Positions 60,665-64,000 of a stretch of 64,000 nt of DNA are shown here, one piece after another. The position numbers were made by a program, and so were the translations under genes. The DNA is from Podarcis filfolensis (taxonomy: Eukaryota). The notes beneath the pieces were generated by a model, which searched no databases, was not told the origin of the DNA, and was given only the letters and a program-made list of their open reading frames with translations. The stretch lies in the NCBI GenBank assembly GCA_964270895.1, contig OZ185437.1; one strand, 5' to 3'. Position 1 is the stretch's first letter. Every line of letters starts with the position of its first letter.

Positions 60665-63600
60665 ACTCCTATCCCTTACTTGCACTTTACATATATATTT
60701 TTAAAATCTAACAAAACCATTATTCCAAGTGAAGATGGTGGGGGGAATCCCTCCAGAATATGTGACATCTTTGTTTCCTGGATACAACATATTCCAGTTA
60801 CACTATCTCTGGATCATTCATCCAAAACTCTCCTTACTTTCCACAGAAAGGTATCTCATTAAAAAAGACTAATGATGTCACGGACATTGGCCATGTTCTG
60901 TGTTGTTGACTTATTTGGAGAGGTGATCATTTTATTTTATATAGATGTGACTTTGAAAAGGAATTAAGAGCTGGCAGCCTGAACAGAAGTTTAATTATTT
61001 TGTTAAAGCAATCAGCGCTATGGTGACTTCTTGTTATATTTTCATCAAATGCAAACACAAATATCATTTTTTGCAATGTGTACTGAGAAAAACTGAGAAG
61101 TAACTTATGTGGACACTTATTAGAGATCTGTATGTGAAACTGGCGCACCATGGTTGCACAAATTATTCCTCCTGAGCCACTGGCATGCTATCTTATTTAT
61201 ATTTTGTTGGAAATCCTGCTATGTATATAGCTGGTTATGTGCACTGAATAGTAATTTATTGTTTACCATTTCTTTTTAAAACTTCCCCCCATTTTTTATT
61301 TGTTTGTAATACAGCAGTCACTGGCCAATACATAGAGTAATGGTGTTTACACTGGCTCAGATAGTTTCTTTCTGGGAGAAAACAGGCTTAGAAAAAAAAT
61401 TAAAATTTCTAGCTAAGATTCAATATAGGATTCAAAGAAAAAATATTTGTGAGTTCAACTCTTTAGTGAAATACACATGTGACCTTCTATGCCATTTTAT
61501 ATACTGCGTACAAGGTACAGTTCCAAAAGCAGTTTTCTATGAAGCATGGAAGGCTTCTACTGAGTAAAAATAAGTCTAAAGACCCGTTCAGCTCATGGAA
61601 CTAGTTTCCTAATTATTTGAAATCTGGCCTTGGTAAACAAATACATTTTTTAAAAAATGTGCATTTTCCTCCATCTACTCTAGAATGCTAGTTGATTGAC
61701 AAAGTGAACATTTTCTATCCTTGGCGAAGTATTAAGTGGCATGCTTTGAAACCACACAGTCAGAATTAAATGCGAACTGAGTGCTTTGTTGAAATGAAGA
61801 TTCAGAAGGCAGCAAATGAAAGTCTGTTTCCATTTGGGGACAAAGGAAGCAGCTTTATACCAGGTAAGACTATTTGTCCAAAAAGCAGAGGCTCTTCATC
61901 ATTTCAGGATGCAGAAATATTTCCACATCAACTGCTACCTGATGCTTTTAACTGGAGATCCCACCAGTTCGGCCTGGGGCCTTCTGCATAACAAAGCTCA
62001 TGCTCCACTTCTGAGCTTGGTCCCTCCCATAAGCAATAAGCAATCTTTTTTGTTGTTGTTTATCTGATAGGACCACTGTTTCAACAGTAGGTAGATATTT
62101 TGTCTAATGCCTTGAAAAGAGTAAAAGATTTATCAGTTAGGTGACAATCTTATACCTGGGAGTAATCACCACTGAACTAAGTGGGACTTCTGGGTAGCTG
62201 GGTGCATAGAATTCTATTGTTAGCCTTGTATTTCTGACAGTTGCAAATTATCTACTTCTCAGATGTAACCATCTGACAATGATTCAGCCATTAGCAGGCT
62301 GCTATGATAGGAATATTCAGTCTCAGAAGTGATCCCTGAGCTGTGTGCACAATTAAGACAGTACTGGGACACTTACTGGTGGGAAATGTTTGAAAATTGC
62401 TAGATCAGGCTACAGCTGTTTTGGGCTTGAATTTAAGCCCATAGAATAGAGTTTCTCAGTGGTGATATTAATGCACCTCCCCTATGTCATTATGTTGTGA
62501 TGATACTGCAGCCTTTTATTGGGGCACAAATATTTTAAGGTCAGAGATCTAAGCAAACATTTCAGTTCATATTTCTTTCTAAGTTGATGAATACAAATGC
62601 TTTTGATTACTTCATGTTTTAACAATAAACATAAAAGCATGATTATCAAGACCACAGTACAACAGAAGGCTGCAGAATGAATCATGAAGGCTGACAGAAC
62701 CTCATATCTGTTGGGAAAGTGAAAGAAGAGAAAGCAGGACAGCGACTAGAAGGTTGTCGATGTCTTCAGAGTTGTCAGTGTTCATTATCTTCCGAAGGGG
62801 TTGTGCATACAGTTTGGGAGTTGATGACAGATGTGGTGCTCCATGTTCTCCACACTTTCAGAAGGAATGAGCAGTAGCAGCCAGTGAGGTGAGGCAGCTT
62901 ACCTGAATAGCTCTGGGGCAGAGCAGTGGGAAGATAGGGGCTGGCAGAGCCAATCCAGCACTTCCACCAGCACACCTGCACAGCCCTAACCTTGCTCCGT
63001 CCCTGCCCCAGCACTAGCCAAGTAACCTGTAGCAACACTGGTGTTTGGATGCAAATCTGTGGCACTGCCCCACCACATTGGCCACTATTGTCAGTGAGCA
63101 GAAACCTGATTAAAATGGTGGTTTATTTTGATGGGCAATGGCAATAGAACATTTTGATTTAGTTGGATCACATTTATAAATGCCCCACATTGTGTGGACT
63201 GTTGGCACATAGGATATTGAATATTAGGTGATGGCTTTCTACTTGCAGAATACTATTGCTCCTAAGATACATTGATCTACCTATATATAGCAAGTCCAAT
63301 CCATGTGTTTCTTAATGTGTTTGGGGAGAAGCACCCATCCTTCTGTTTCAAAGGGTTTTACATTGTCTCAGTACTTTGTGGCTAAAATCTATTCCTGTCC
63401 TTTTATGAATGTATGAATCGAGGGTTTCGTTAACACTAAATCAATGCAATAAAAAAGAACAGCCTTTTAGGCACTGAAAGTAGACACTTCCCCTGAGAGA
63501 AGGACTAAGCTGTTTGCTTAAATGTATTTTATTAAAAAGGTAAAAATTGTAGGTATTAGAACTGGGGTCCCTGGTGTGGTCCCCTCAGACACACACACTC

Positions 63601-64000
63601 TTGGTGCTCAGCAGGGCCCCCTGCCCATCCTATTGTACAAAGAGGTTTTTTGCTTTGGGGGAGGTTGGGTTGGGGCTCCTGTTCCTGTAAATTCCATCTA
63701 CTTTGGGAGAAAGGAGAAAATGTTATAGCTGTTCTTAAACTCCCCGTGATAGTGAATGGGGCACACAAAGCTCAATTTTATATAAAGTTGCTCAGAAATC
63801 AGATTGAAAAGGTGCACAGAACAACTCAGAAACAAATCATTTTTTTTTAATGCACAACTACAAGATGATACAAAGCAGTTGAATTTGAACCTGCACCCAT
63901 CTACGAAACTAATATGTCTTTGTGCACAAAAGTTGTGCTTGGAACTCTAAGGCTCACATTTCAGTATGTGATACGTTTACTAGTCAGTAGAATTCAAAAT
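60665..64000 (+). other. FUT9: Probable FUT9 3' UTR (may extend beyond the window)
   Basis: AT-rich sequence after the stop codon. Possible poly(A) signals are ATTAAA 60858-60863, AATAAA 62624-62629 and AATAAA 63448-63453. Mammalian FUT9 has a very long 3' UTR, so the true end is unknown. Confidence 0.5.

Overview
Vertebrate genomic DNA from a squamate reptile. Sauria SINEs and a BovB LINE fix the squamate call; a lacertid lizard is my inference. The window holds one clear protein-coding gene, FUT9 (alpha-1,3-fucosyltransferase 9), on the + strand. Its whole CDS lies in one exon (59588-60664, 358 aa), with a splice acceptor 8 nt upstream of the ATG. A CpG island at ~15.5-16.9 kb with a consensus donor at 16637/16638 is the likely promoter and first exon, implying a ~43 kb intron region. 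The rest is intergenic, intronic or 3' UTR sequence containing MITEs (Tc1/mariner-pogo and hAT types, several with intact TIRs and TSDs), Sauria SINEs, BovB/CR1/L2 fragments, a probable Gypsy relic and microsatellites. Best leads: (1) the only ATG in the candidate first exon has a strong Kozak context and would splice in frame onto FUT9, giving a 50-aa Cys-rich N-terminal extension; (2) a canonical RE1/NRSE (REST) site ~15 kb upstream; (3) a young multi-hairpin MITE just upstream of the coding-exon acceptor; (4) a cryptic-exon-like unit next to a (UG)22 tract; (5) a head-to-head MITE dimer and a MITE carrying telomeric repeats. I saw no bacterial-type systems, CRISPR arrays or RNA genes, and nothing I can call a new biological system with confidence. 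All calls were made by eye with no database searches. Repeat family names come from recalled consensus features, and boundaries of degraded repeats are approximate.
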